Assembly: GCA_041649315.1 (NCBI GenBank)
Contig: JBAZNJ010000004.1
Span: 25,060-89,059, forward strand
Direction of reading: 5' to 3'
DNA: 64,000 nt
Source: Patescibacteria group bacterium
GTDB lineage: Bacteria > Patescibacteriota > Patescibacteriia > Patescibacteriales > UBA12465
A program made the translations under genes and the position numbers. Numbering within the stretch: position 1 is the first letter of the stretch; each line of letters starts with the position of its first letter. The notes under the pieces were generated by a model. The model did no database searches, was not told the origin of the DNA, and saw only the letters and a program-made list of their open reading frames with translations. Below are positions 25,063 through 35,171 of the stretch, piece after piece.

Positions 25063-26310
25063 ATGATAAATAAAAATATTATTAAAGAAGTCGTGCTTGA
25101 GCAAAATTTTTTATTTAGGAAAAAGGGTGTTTATTTAAAGAGGGGCTTGGCGGAAAATAGTCTAAAAACAAAAAAGATATTTATTATAACCGGTATCAGG
25201 CGTTCCGGAAAATCAACCCTACTCAAACAAATCTCGCAAAACTATCAAGATTTTTATTATTTAAATTTTGAAGATGAGCGGCTTTTGAATTTTAAAAGCT
25301 CGGATTTTAATTATTTACTTGAAGTTTTTATTGAGCTTTACGGTGGACAAAAGGTTTTTTTGTTCGATGAAATTCAATATATTAAAGGCTGGGAAAAATT
25401 CGTCGGGCGGCTGTTTGCAAATGGTTATAAAATTTTTATTACCGGAAGCAGCGCGAATTTATTAAGTCGCGAGCTCGGAACGGCTTTAACCGGCCGTCAT
25501 TTAAAAATGGAATTATATCCTTTTAGCTTTAAAGAATATTTGGCTTATTTTAATTTAAGTAAATTTAATTTAAATTTAACGGAAGATAGGGCAAAACTTA
25601 AAAAATATTTTAAGGATTATTTAGAATATGGCGGTTTTCCGGAAATTTTAGAGAGCAAGGATAAAAACGAGCTGTCCCAATTATACCAAGACGTTTTAGT
25701 TAAAGATTTATTGGTTAGATTTAAAATAAAAGACGACAAGGCTTTTAGAGAATTAGTCTTATATTTAATGTCTAATATTGGAACGCCGGTAAGTTTTAAT
25801 AATTTAAAAAAAATTCTCGGCTTTAAAAGTGTGAGCCAGGTTAAAAATTATGTCGCTTATTTAGAAGAAGCTTATTTGGTCTTTTTGCTTTATAAATACG
25901 ATTTTTCTTTAGGCAAGCAGATGATAAATGATCGGAAAGTTTATGGTATAGACGCGGGGATGATAAAAGCGGTTTCGTTTAGATTTTCTGAAAATAGCGG
26001 TCGTTATTTAGAAAATTTAGTTTTTTTGGAATTAAAAAGAAAAGAGAAGGAAATTTATTATCATAAAAGCGATTACGAATGTGATTTCATAGTCAGAAAA
26101 GGTTTAAAAATAGCCGAAGCAATCCAGGTAACGGAAAATTTAAATATAAATAATAACGAGCGGGAGATAAACGGATTAGTTTCGGCTTTGAAAAAATATA
26201 ATTTAAAAGAGGGCCTGATCTTAACGAGCGACTTAGAAGAGGATAGAAAGCTTGGTGATTTTAAAATAAAAATTAGGCCAATTTGGAAGTGGCTTTTAGC
26301 CCACGATTAG
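25063..26310 (+). CDS. AAA+ ATPase with DUF4143 domain (COG1373-like)
   Basis: 415 aa. Walker A GIRRSGKST, Walker B VFLFDEIQY, then ITGSSANLL...GR. The C-terminal region is DUF4143-like and ends in a PD-(D/E)xK-like CDFIV. The gene is visibly more AT-rich than its neighbours. Confidence 0.75.
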   Translation: MINKNIIKEVVLEQNFLFRKKGVYLKRGLAENSLKTKKIFIITGIRRSGKSTLLKQISQNYQDFYYLNFEDERLLNFKSSDFNYLLEVFIELYGGQKVFLFDEIQYIKGWEKFVGRLFANGYKIFITGSSANLLSRELGTALTGRHLKMELYPFSFKEYLAYFNLSKFNLNLTEDRAKLKKYFKDYLEYGGFPEILESKDKNELSQLYQDVLVKDLLVRFKIKDDKAFRELVLYLMSNIGTPVSFNNLKKILGFKSVSQVKNYVAYLEEAYLVFLLYKYDFSLGKQMINDRKVYGIDAGMIKAVSFRFSENSGRYLENLVFLELKRKEKEIYYHKSDYECDFIVRKGLKIAEAIQVTENLNINNNEREINGLVSALKKYNLKEGLILTSDLEEDRKLGDFKIKIRPIWKWLLAHD

Positions 26311-26313
26311 TTT

Positions 26314-28251
26314 ATGCCTCAAAAAAAATTGACTCATCCCATAACTACATCCAAAACTAGCCCCAAGGCTAAATTAATGGCGCGAAAAACCAATCGTCAG
26401 GATAATATTTTATTGGCGGTTTCCTCGGTCGTAATGCTGGCGCTTGTTTATTTGGCGGCTCTTAATATTTTTTCTTGGCAAGCTTCTTTAGCTCCGGGCG
26501 AAGATCGGAGTTTTTTTGCTATTTTTAAAGATTCGGATTCGGGTTCGCCTTTAGCCGGAACGCCGGAAAATGAACAATCATCGGATATTTCAAAATTATC
26601 TTCGGAGGAAGTTAATAATTTTAATATTAATCATTTTAATCAAAATTCGGACGCAGGAGGCAATTCTAATTCCGGCTCAAAGCCGTCTTCGGGTTCGGAT
26701 GAGCCCGGGGGAGATGATTTAACAGGCGAGGGGGAGACAGAAATAGGCCAGGAAGGCGCGCAATCCGGAACCGGTGAAATCCAGACCGGAGCCGGAACCG
26801 GCACGTCGTCTGAATCAAGCCCAGCGTCCGGAGGTTCTTCCGGGTCAGGACAAATATTAGAGCCCGCGCAAGAATCAGAACCGGAGTCGATGCCAGAACC
26901 AACATCAGAACCTATTCAAGAGCCAAACCCAGAACCGGAGCCGATAATTGAGCCGATTTTAGAGCCAGAATCCGTTCCCGAACCTGCGGAATTCATTCCG
27001 GATTTTGTTCAGGAACCCGAGCCGGAGCCGGTTCAGGGACCCGAACCAGAGCCCGCCCCGACTCTGGTTTTCGGCAGTTTTTTTAATACCTTTTCTTCCG
27101 ATGCCGCCTTAAATTTAAGCCGAACCGACCTTTATCAGGATACGCGGGCAACCGCGATGATCTTTGAGCCGGATTATAGCTGGCAAGAAGCCGCGAGCGT
27201 TCCGGCCGGTGATTTTTCTTCGCCCGCGCCGAACAGTTTTACCGGCCCCTATCTTGACCGGCGCTGTTTGAACGCGAATTGTTTAGAACAACGATGGAAC
27301 GAGCTTTACTATAATAATGAAGCATTAGCCTATCCGTCTGAAGTGGACGCCTTTGTGGCCGGCGGCGGAGAAGTCGCGGCGGTTTCTTTTTTTACTTTAA
27401 GCGAGCGCTGGGTTGTCGGTTTTACTTTAAAGAAGGGAAGCGGCTATCAGGGTTTTGCCTATTATTTTGACGGACAATCTTTCACGCCGATTATTACCGC
27501 CTCAACTACGGCCAGGGTATCGTCGTCCTATTTCGGCCTTTTCGGCGGCGGCGGCACTGAGGACGATTTCTTGCTCATCTATGGCGCTTATAAAGGAATC
27601 GCTTATCGCGTTCGTGGGGGAAATTTAACTGACATTAGCAAATTTTTTGATATAAGAGCGATGATTGGCGGCTTTAAACCCGAAGCCATCCGCCTTGTCC
27701 GCGACGACAGCGCGCTTTGGTATGTTTATAGCTCGACTCTGTCCCGGCAGATTCTTATCAAGCTTTGGCAGAACGGCGGTTCCGAAATAGCGGGCGAAAC
27801 TATTTTCAGGAACGAATTAGCCGTTTTTGAATCAGTCATTTTTAAATTAAAAAGCTCCGGAACGAGCGAAGTAGTTTTGTCGGCCAAAGCTTCAAGCAGT
27901 GGTGTTGACGCCTGGTATTCATTTACTGATCGCGGTTTTAAGAATAATAGTTTAGCCGCACTTGAATTCGATCCGGTTTCCCGCAGTCGCGGCGATATTG
28001 AAATTGAAAAAATCTCCGCCAGTCGCTTAGCGCTTGACGCGCCGAGCTTGGCCTTGAGCGGGGAAGCGGGGATAAAATTTCTGTTTTCTTCCGACGGCGT
28101 TAATTGGCAGACGCTTCCTTTAGGCGCTGATATCACTTTCCCGACCGGAAAAATCGCCAGCTTTTTCCTCCGGGTCGTTTTCCCGTCTTTTATTGATAAA
28201 TTCTATTCGCCTTTCTTAGACAGCGTGACTTTTAATTATTATTATCATTAA
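26314..28251 (+). CDS. Large membrane-anchored protein with a P/E/S-rich low-complexity spacer and a C-terminal globular region (unknown function)
   Basis: 645 aa. TM helix [23 protein letters not shown] region of about 170 aa rich in (EP)n and SG, such as [24 protein letters not shown]. About 400 aa with no recognised motif follow. An alternative start is ATG 26377 (MARKTNRQ). Confidence 0.6.
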   Translation: MPQKKLTHPITTSKTSPKAKLMARKTNRQDNILLAVSSVVMLALVYLAALNIFSWQASLAPGEDRSFFAIFKDSDSGSPLAGTPENEQSSDISKLSSEEVNNFNINHFNQNSDAGGNSNSGSKPSSGSDEPGGDDLTGEGETEIGQEGAQSGTGEIQTGAGTGTSSESSPASGGSSGSGQILEPAQESEPESMPEPTSEPIQEPNPEPEPIIEPILEPESVPEPAEFIPDFVQEPEPEPVQGPEPEPAPTLVFGSFFNTFSSDAALNLSRTDLYQDTRATAMIFEPDYSWQEAASVPAGDFSSPAPNSFTGPYLDRRCLNANCLEQRWNELYYNNEALAYPSEVDAFVAGGGEVAAVSFFTLSERWVVGFTLKKGSGYQGFAYYFDGQSFTPIITASTTARVSSSYFGLFGGGGTEDDFLLIYGAYKGIAYRVRGGNLTDISKFFDIRAMIGGFKPEAIRLVRDDSALWYVYSSTLSRQILIKLWQNGGSEIAGETIFRNELAVFESVIFKLKSSGTSEVVLSAKASSSGVDAWYSFTDRGFKNNSLAALEFDPVSRSRGDIEIEKISASRLALDAPSLALSGEAGIKFLFSSDGVNWQTLPLGADITFPTGKIASFFLRVVFPSFIDKFYSPFLDSVTFNYYYH

Positions 28252-28278
28252 AAACATTTATTCCATCGTTTAATTTTT

Positions 28279-29673
28279 ATGAACAATAAAGAACTTGATT
28301 TTCTAATCCAGGAGGGAGAGGGATTCAATCTGGAATTTAAGGAAAACTATAATTCAGATATTGCCAAAGAAATTTGCGCCATGGCTAACGCTAATGGCGG
28401 AAAGATTTTAATTGGCGTAACTGACGACGGAAAAATGAAGCCGGTCGTATTGAGTAATAAGATGAAATCGGAAATTCAGGACTTGGTACGAAAATTCGAT
28501 CCGAGTTTTTCGGTGGGCCTAAGCGAATTTAATGGAATAATTATTATTGACGTGCCAGAAGGAAAGAAGAAGCCCTATTCTACCGGAGGAAAATTTTATA
28601 TGCGCCAAGGCGCTTGTAGCCAACAGCTTTCGCGAGATGAAATTAAAAGCTTTTTTATCAAAGAGGGTTTAGTTCGTTTTGATGAAATGTCTAATAGCAA
28701 ATTTAATTTTGCGGAAGATTTCAACGAGAAGGCGTTTCAGAATTTTCTAAAAATGTCTGGAATTAATAATGATCTAAGCCGGGAGGAAATTTTGCGTAAT
28801 TTAAAATTGTTGGATGACGGTAATTTAAAAAATGCCGGCGTACTTCTTTTTTGCAAGGAAGCGACAAGGCATATCGGAAGCGCGACCATTATCTGTTCGG
28901 CTTTTCAGGGCAATGATAAGGTAAAAATTATTGATAGTAAGAAATTTGATGCAGATTTATTTTCTAATTTTGAAGAAGCATATAAGTTCTTAACTTATCG
29001 CCTAAATACCGAATATATTATTACTGGCGGAGCGAGAATTGAAAAATTGGAATTGCCGGAAAAGGCTATTCGTGAAGCAATTTTAAACGCGATTGCTCAT
29101 CGTGATTATTTTTCCACTTCCAAAATTCAGATTCATATTTTTTCTGATCGGGTGGAAATAAATAATCCAGGCGGGTTAGTAGGCAACATAAAAGTTGAGG
29201 ATTTATATAAAAGAAGTTTTCCTAGAAACAATCTTTTATTCGGCCTTATGCAAAGGATGGATTTAGTTGAAGAAATTGGATCGGGATTGATGAGAATCAA
29301 CCAGATGATGGAAGAATATTTATTACCGAGTCCGATAATAAAAGCAGATGATAGTCTTGGATTTGAAATTACGTTTAAGAGGCCGGATTTGCAGGAAATG
29401 AGCATTGAGCAAAGAATGGAAGAATATAAGAGGGTGGGTAAAAAGGTGGGTCAAAAGGTGGGTGAAAAGGTGGGTGAAAAGTTATCCGATAATCAAAGAA
29501 AAATTATTGAGTTAATCAAAAAAAATAGTAATATATCAATTGTAGATTTAGCCAAGAGTGTTGGTATTGCTGAAAAAAATATTGAAGAAAATTTAAAGAA
29601 ACTTAAAAGTAGAGATATTGTCAAAAGGATCGGACCAGCTAAAGGTGGGCATTGGGAAATTATAGAGAGATAA
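28279..29673 (+). CDS. AlbA_2 + HATPase_c_4 + wHTH putative regulator (paralog of 15523..16860)
   Basis: 464 aa. N-terminal EGEGFNLEFKENYNSDIAKEICAMANANGGKILIGVTDDGK. The central block is REAILNAIAHRDY...IHIFSDRVEINNPG. A (KVGx)4 linker precedes the C-terminal wHTH (IVDLAKSVGIAEKNIEENLKKLKSRDIVKR). Confidence 0.75.
   Translation: MNNKELDFLIQEGEGFNLEFKENYNSDIAKEICAMANANGGKILIGVTDDGKMKPVVLSNKMKSEIQDLVRKFDPSFSVGLSEFNGIIIIDVPEGKKKPYSTGGKFYMRQGACSQQLSRDEIKSFFIKEGLVRFDEMSNSKFNFAEDFNEKAFQNFLKMSGINNDLSREEILRNLKLLDDGNLKNAGVLLFCKEATRHIGSATIICSAFQGNDKVKIIDSKKFDADLFSNFEEAYKFLTYRLNTEYIITGGARIEKLELPEKAIREAILNAIAHRDYFSTSKIQIHIFSDRVEINNPGGLVGNIKVEDLYKRSFPRNNLLFGLMQRMDLVEEIGSGLMRINQMMEEYLLPSPIIKADDSLGFEITFKRPDLQEMSIEQRMEEYKRVGKKVGQKVGEKVGEKLSDNQRKIIELIKKNSNISIVDLAKSVGIAEKNIEENLKKLKSRDIVKRIGPAKGGHWEIIER
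29433..29480 (+). repeat. 12-nt tandem repeat x4 (ggtgggtNaaaa) encoding (KVGx)n in the second AlbA_2 gene linker
   Basis: Four head-to-tail units at 29433-29480 that differ only at position 8 (a/c/g/g). Confidence 0.9.
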
Positions 29674-29832
29674 GCGGGATAGGAGAGGGATTAGGAGGAA
29701 AGTGCGGAAAAAAATAACCAAAAAAAGAAATAGAATATTTAAATTTGGACATTGGCTTCATTTCCGATTATTATAAAAATTTATAAGAAAAAGAAATGAA
29801 ATATCCAGATCAATCCGCTTAGCTATTTGCCC

Positions 29833-29862
29833 TTGTCCTATTTGTATAAAAAGTGCTATAAT
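29833..29862 (+). promoter_or_regulatory. Putative promoter with extended -10 for tail-fibre-like gene D
   Basis: TTGTCC (29833-29838), an 18-nt spacer, then TGcTATAAT (29854-29862), about 30 nt upstream of ATG 29894. Confidence 0.4.
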
Positions 29863-29893
29863 TTAAATATATTAGTCAACTAAATTTAGCTAT

Positions 29894-32800
29894 ATGTTGA
29901 AGAAAAAACTTCTAATTTTGAGCTTATCCGGCTTCTTGATTTTGGCCGGTTTTTTGATTGCCGGCCAGGTACGGGCTTTAACCGACGGCGTCTGGAATGA
30001 CGAAGGCAATGTCGGTATCGGGACGACGGATCCGGGGACGTATCGGTTGAATGTTAGCGGAGATGCGAATTTTAACACCCTATATGTCGATCAGGTGAAA
30101 TTATTAGATCTTCCCTCAAACAATCCGGAACGCGGTCCTTGGAATCCGATCTGGAATATTGCCGGCAGCAGCAAGCCGCTTTATTTTGATGAAGAATTTT
30201 CCGGGGGCAATAATGGCGTCACGGTTTATAATAACGCCGGCGGCTCAGCCGTAACGATTACCCGTTTAACCGGACAAATCGGAGTACCGAATTCTACGGG
30301 GGTAATGTTAAGGATATCTTATGATGGTGTCGGGCCGGTCTCCCCTAATTTTGGCGGTTTTGTTTTATCTTTTACGTCCTCGGCCAACAAGACTTACGTC
30401 CAAAGATTTCGGGCTAAGTTGCCAGTTGGTAAAACTTTAAATATTAACGAAAATTCCCAAGGGACTAACAACACCTCCTACTGGCTAACTAGTAATGTCG
30501 GTACCGGCAAATGGGAAGATTATATTAGGATTTCTCATGCCGGCAATACCGGAACTTTTTCTTCCGGCGGGCATGTTTCGGTTTCCGGCGGCTCTGGTGC
30601 TTTTGATTGGTATTTGGCCTCGGCTAACGTCTATGAAGTGAATACGCCGATAATCGCCAGTGCCAATACTTGGCGATCCGTGCAAGATTTTGCTAGTACT
30701 ATCCGTGGCGAAGGGTCCGGTACCTATACGGCCGTACCCGGTGCTGGTACTGATTCAGTGAGTAATGCCGCTTTAGTCATTGATCGAGGGGATTATATTT
30801 ATACCGAAGGCAACGGATATCTAAGAGGCCTTATTGGCGGAGATTCGAGTGGAAATATAATTATTGGTCAAACCGGAACAACTCTAGTGCCTTCCATAAG
30901 TCTTCGCGCCGGTAGCGCAGGATATATTACTCTTTATTCCGGGGGGTCGGAAACCATGCGAGTAACCGGCAATAGTGTTGGCATCGGGACGACGAATCCG
31001 GCGCAAACGCTCTCCGTCGCCGGTACTGGTTCGTTTACGGGCGTAGTTTCCGGCGTGGTTCCGACTGCCGACAGTCATTTCGTGACTAAGGGGTATGGTG
31101 ACGCCGCTTATGCCCCGATTGCTTCCTCTTTTTGGGCCGCTTCCGGAAATGATATATATAATACTAATTCTGGCGATACTAGTCGGGTTCTAATCGGAGA
31201 AACAACCCCGATTTCTTCCACTAGTTCTTATACTAAGCTCAGTATTCTCGGTACCGGCATGGGAGGGCGGGATACTAATGCCAATAGTACTCAAAAATGG
31301 TTCCGCTATTTCGGCGGCCACTATACTAATACCGAGGAGCCGGTTACCGGTTTAATGGTCGGTTCGGGTTCAGCTGCTAACACTGTAAATATCGGCGGCG
31401 GAACCGGCGCCGGGAACGCCGCAACCCAAATAAATTTTTATACCGCCGCTAACACTACAACATTAACGGGCTCTGTTAGAATGGTTATTAATTCCTCCGG
31501 CAATGTCGGCATCGGGACGACGAATCCGACCAGGTTGTTAGAGGTTAAAAAAGCATCTGTCGGAGAAATTGCTTTTTTTAATGATGGTACGCAGGGATTA
31601 TTATTGCAAACATCTTCTGGGGTAGGGAGCGTTATAGGATATAATGGTGCTTCATATAATGCCATTGATATAAGAACCGTGGCTGGTGTTGGAAGTGGGG
31701 TATATTTATCAACCTCCGGCAACGTCGGCATCGGGACGACCGCGCCAGGATATCCCCTGGAAGTAGCTGGTAGTGTCTATGCTAACAACGGCTGGTTCAG
31801 AAGCAGTGGTTCGAATGGTTGGTATAGTGAGACTTATGGCGGAGGTTGGTACATGTCAGATGCTACCTGGATTAGAACCTATGGATCTAAAAGTATTTAT
31901 CAGAATGCCGGTACGCTCCGAACCGACGGGACGCTCCAAGTCGGATCAGCCGGCGCAACATTAAATGTGTCTAGCGGCGGGAATTTTGCTTATAACACTA
32001 GTACTTTATTCGCCAATACCTCCGGCAACGTCGGCATCGGGACCGTTAGCCCATCTAATATTCTACACATTGAAGGCGCTGATGGATCTGGACCTACAAT
32101 AACCGGTGTCACATTACAATTACGATCTAATACCGGCGCAACATCTGGTCGTGGCGGATCTTTAATTTTTGGTGATACAGGTGTTGCCGCACGAGCTATG
32201 ATTAAGGGTATGTTTACCGGACCTGCAAGCGGCGGCTCTTTAGCTTTTTCTACTAATTCCAGCGCTAATATTTTATCAGAACATTTACGAATAGATGCGG
32301 CTGGCTCCGTCGGTATCGGGACGACGGCACCGGAAACTAAATTACATGTCGCGGATGGGCCGCTGACTTTATCGACCGCCACTACCCAGCATTACTATAA
32401 TGTCGCTGATTATTCTTCGGGCGCTAACACTACTGGGACGATGGTCGTAACCTTGCCGAAATACGGTTCCTCCACTATGTTAAGGGTTAAGATTAGCGGT
32501 TATGATTATTCGACCGGCAAAGGCGCTTGGGAAGTTATTATTAGTGGCTATAACTATTCAGATCATAATTGGCATAATTACAGCGTGGAATTTACTGGCA
32601 CCCCGCCCTTTACTCAGGCCCGACTAGCCAATAACGGGACGAATGACTTGATTCTTTTAGGTACGACTGCTACCTCTTGGCAATATCCGAAAGTTACGAT
32701 CAGCGAAGTGATTTCCGGTTTTGGTAGCATTACTAATTGGGGAACCGGCTGGTCTATGGCCGTGACGACTTCAGAACCCACCTTATATAATATCCGAACT

Positions 32801-34261
32801 TTAACCCCGAAAACTTTTGTCAACGCTTCTGGAAATCTTGGTATCGGGACGACGAATCCGGTACAGACGCTCTCCGTCGCCGGTACCGGCTCTTTTACAG
32901 GTACGGTTTCGGGCGTAACCCCGACGGCTGCTACCCATCTCGCGACGAAGGACTATGTGGATACGACGATAGCGGGAGCGGGGGGCGGGTGGATAATAAC
33001 TAGTGGCAAGTTATATTCCACACATACCGGATCGACGCAATTTGCCGGAGGGTCGTATATTGCTCAATCTAGCGCGAGAGTGCTGATTGCCGCCGCTAGC
33101 ACTTCGTTAACCGCCAACGAACAGCCGTTGACTCTATTGGAGACGAGTTCCATCGCGACAGATTCCGGAACAGGTATAAGTTTCAATGGATATATCGAAG
33201 GATCCGTGATTCCCAGGGCTGCAATTTTCGGCCGTAAAGCCGATTCTTCTTCCACTAGCACTGCCGGTTACCTCCAATTTGCGACTCGTGCAGTGACAGG
33301 AGATATGACGGAACGGATGCGGATAACAGAGAACGGTCATGTAAACATTATAGGAAATTCTGCGTATGCGGTTTTAAATTTAGAAAACGATAATGGAAGC
33401 ATAAGTTTAAATGAAGGTTTGGGAACAATTTATTTTAAGGGTTATATGTCTAGCGACAGCACCCATCGAACTGGGGCTATGATTAGGGCAGTTTCCTCAG
33501 TAGATCAAGATTGGACTTCTGGAAATACTGTTAATGACGCGCCTACTGTTTTAAAATTTTACGCCCAAAGCAACGGAAGTGGTGAGACCGCTCTTACCAA
33601 TGCAGCGCTTTCTATCCTCTCTTCAGCGAACGGTATCGCTAGAGTTGGGGTTGGTGATTGGACTTCATTAGATTCAACACAGAGAAATTTACATCGTGAA
33701 TATGTTGCATTAGCTGTTTACCCTAATGTCAGCGCAACGTATTCATTTTCCGCGCCAGGGTGTACTAGTTGTTCGGTAATATCAGAGATGGCGCCAGTTT
33801 CAGAGATGCCTAAGAATGGAGATGTTATGTGTATTGACCCGGGCACTGGAGAGATAGAAAGATGCAGAGAGGATAAAAGTGATTTTGTTAAAGGAATAGC
33901 TCAAGAAAAGGCCGAGTCGATTATGCGCTTAGGCTGTAGCGATACGACAAAAGAAGAAGGGGGATCTAATTATCAAGTAATAGGCGTGATGGATCCTAGC
34001 GGTTGGAGGAAAAACCCTTCTTGTAATGGTTGGTATCCTATCGCCTTGATTGGTTTGTCGGAAGAAACTAATGTAGTATGTCGTTCCCCTAAAGGGAAGC
34101 GACTTGGTTATGGGGATATCTTAGTTACTTCCGATGTCCCAGGGAGATTAAGACCATTAGACAAGAATGAGGATGTTAGTTCCTTCCAAATTGTAGGAAG
34201 AGCGAGTACTATATGTTCTCTAGATAAGGAGTTAGATTCGATTCATGTTTGGATAAATTAA
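29894..34261 (+). CDS. Giant surface protein D (1455 aa), tail-fibre-like with a distinct C-terminal domain
   Basis: Signal/TM (LLILSLSGFLILAGFLIAGQVRA). At least eight GN(V/L)GIGTTxP motifs. SVAGTGSFTG.VSGV.PTA..H..TK.Y.D is repeated twice. The C-terminal ~230 aa (CTSCSVISEMAP...CIDPGTGEIERC...) is unrelated to tips A, B or C. Confidence 0.7.
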   Translation: MLKKKLLILSLSGFLILAGFLIAGQVRALTDGVWNDEGNVGIGTTDPGTYRLNVSGDANFNTLYVDQVKLLDLPSNNPERGPWNPIWNIAGSSKPLYFDEEFSGGNNGVTVYNNAGGSAVTITRLTGQIGVPNSTGVMLRISYDGVGPVSPNFGGFVLSFTSSANKTYVQRFRAKLPVGKTLNINENSQGTNNTSYWLTSNVGTGKWEDYIRISHAGNTGTFSSGGHVSVSGGSGAFDWYLASANVYEVNTPIIASANTWRSVQDFASTIRGEGSGTYTAVPGAGTDSVSNAALVIDRGDYIYTEGNGYLRGLIGGDSSGNIIIGQTGTTLVPSISLRAGSAGYITLYSGGSETMRVTGNSVGIGTTNPAQTLSVAGTGSFTGVVSGVVPTADSHFVTKGYGDAAYAPIASSFWAASGNDIYNTNSGDTSRVLIGETTPISSTSSYTKLSILGTGMGGRDTNANSTQKWFRYFGGHYTNTEEPVTGLMVGSGSAANTVNIGGGTGAGNAATQINFYTAANTTTLTGSVRMVINSSGNVGIGTTNPTRLLEVKKASVGEIAFFNDGTQGLLLQTSSGVGSVIGYNGASYNAIDIRTVAGVGSGVYLSTSGNVGIGTTAPGYPLEVAGSVYANNGWFRSSGSNGWYSETYGGGWYMSDATWIRTYGSKSIYQNAGTLRTDGTLQVGSAGATLNVSSGGNFAYNTSTLFANTSGNVGIGTVSPSNILHIEGADGSGPTITGVTLQLRSNTGATSGRGGSLIFGDTGVAARAMIKGMFTGPASGGSLAFSTNSSANILSEHLRIDAAGSVGIGTTAPETKLHVADGPLTLSTATTQHYYNVADYSSGANTTGTMVVTLPKYGSSTMLRVKISGYDYSTGKGAWEVIISGYNYSDHNWHNYSVEFTGTPPFTQARLANNGTNDLILLGTTATSWQYPKVTISEVISGFGSITNWGTGWSMAVTTSEPTLYNIRTLTPKTFVNASGNLGIGTTNPVQTLSVAGTGSFTGTVSGVTPTAATHLATKDYVDTTIAGAGGGWIITSGKLYSTHTGSTQFAGGSYIAQSSARVLIAAASTSLTANEQPLTLLETSSIATDSGTGISFNGYIEGSVIPRAAIFGRKADSSSTSTAGYLQFATRAVTGDMTERMRITENGHVNIIGNSAYAVLNLENDNGSISLNEGLGTIYFKGYMSSDSTHRTGAMIRAVSSVDQDWTSGNTVNDAPTVLKFYAQSNGSGETALTNAALSILSSANGIARVGVGDWTSLDSTQRNLHREYVALAVYPNVSATYSFSAPGCTSCSVISEMAPVSEMPKNGDVMCIDPGTGEIERCREDKSDFVKGIAQEKAESIMRLGCSDTTKEEGGSNYQVIGVMDPSGWRKNPSCNGWYPIALIGLSEETNVVCRSPKGKRLGYGDILVTSDVPGRLRPLDKNEDVSSFQIVGRASTICSLDKELDSIHVWIN

Positions 34262-34289
34262 ACCTCAAACCATTTTTTTAAGGTATTTA

Positions 34290-34320
34290 AAAAGCTATTC
34301 CTAAATAGGAATAGCTTTTT
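34290..34320. terminator. Bidirectional hairpin terminator between convergent genes
   Basis: Stem aagctattcc / ggaatagctt with loop taaata, flanked by an A-run upstream and a T-run downstream. It lies between the stop of 29894..34261 (+) and the stop of 34329..35144 (-). Confidence 0.75.
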
Positions 34321-34328
34321 CGTTTCAT

Positions 34329-35144
34329 TTATTCAAGCTTGATCAGGTTTTTGTTTTCTATGTTGTTATAAAGCGTGTGGTTTCCGTCCCACTTTTTCAT
34401 AGCAACTCCAGAAAATAAAGCGATATCACGATAGATTTCCGTCCCATCCGATAGAAAAGTTTCGAATTGAAAGCTGATTTTGGAATTACGGAATATATCC
34501 TCTTGGTCTTTCCTAATAGGGATGATTAAGGTGGAAGAATCGCTATAATTATTATAACTCATTAATGAATCGCCACTTATTATTTTTGTAATGAAAATTT
34601 TTTCCTCTAAATAATTTCTTGCCGTATCGACCACTATAATAATTTCCCCTTTGTATATTTTTACTAATTTTCTGATTATGGTGTATCCTGCGGGAGGGTG
34701 TAAGATCGCTCTAATCGTAAATGGTTTATATTTTTGATTTTCGATATCATTTTCATTAATAATGACCAATAATACGATGTTTTTATCGTGGACGAGTCTC
34801 AGGCCAGAAAAATAACTGATTTTTTCGTAGGAATTAGTATCATCGTTTATGACGCATCGGCATTTTATATCGACTTCAATCTCTGGGCCAGTATAGTAAC
34901 TATCGGGAAGCTTGGTTTTTAGTGGCATTTCCGGAGCAGGGTACATAAAGGATAATGGTTGGGAATTACTACCCACGTTGGTAATCTCTAAAGATACTTC
35001 GGTTAATGTGTAGCTTGAAGGGATTCGGATCTCAGAAGTTAGTATTCCTTTATCTTCATCTTTTTTACAACCAGAATTTAAGAATAATATCATGAGGCCT
35101 ACTATAGCTAGAAAATTCAGGTATTTTTTTGTTTTTGTTTTCAT
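34329..35144 (-). CDS. Lipoprotein of unknown function
   Basis: 271 aa. Signal plus lipobox MKTKTKKYLNFLAIVGLMILFLNSG|C. AT-rich gene with no recognised domain. Confidence 0.65.
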   Translation of the reverse strand: MKTKTKKYLNFLAIVGLMILFLNSGCKKDEDKGILTSEIRIPSSYTLTEVSLEITNVGSNSQPLSFMYPAPEMPLKTKLPDSYYTGPEIEVDIKCRCVINDDTNSYEKISYFSGLRLVHDKNIVLLVIINENDIENQKYKPFTIRAILHPPAGYTIIRKLVKIYKGEIIIVVDTARNYLEEKIFITKIISGDSLMSYNNYSDSSTLIIPIRKDQEDIFRNSKISFQFETFLSDGTEIYRDIALFSGVAMKKWDGNHTLYNNIENKNLIKLE

Positions 35145-35171
35145 CTCATATAAATTTTAAAGGTTATTAAA

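Noticed and set aside
13142-32382. Many 60-130-aa minus-strand ORFs inside the tail-fibre-like genes, with recurring VVPIPT(F/L)P peptides
   Set aside because: They are the reverse-complement reading of the repeated GNVGIGTT motif on the + strand. Their recurrence reflects the sense-strand repeats and is not independent coding.
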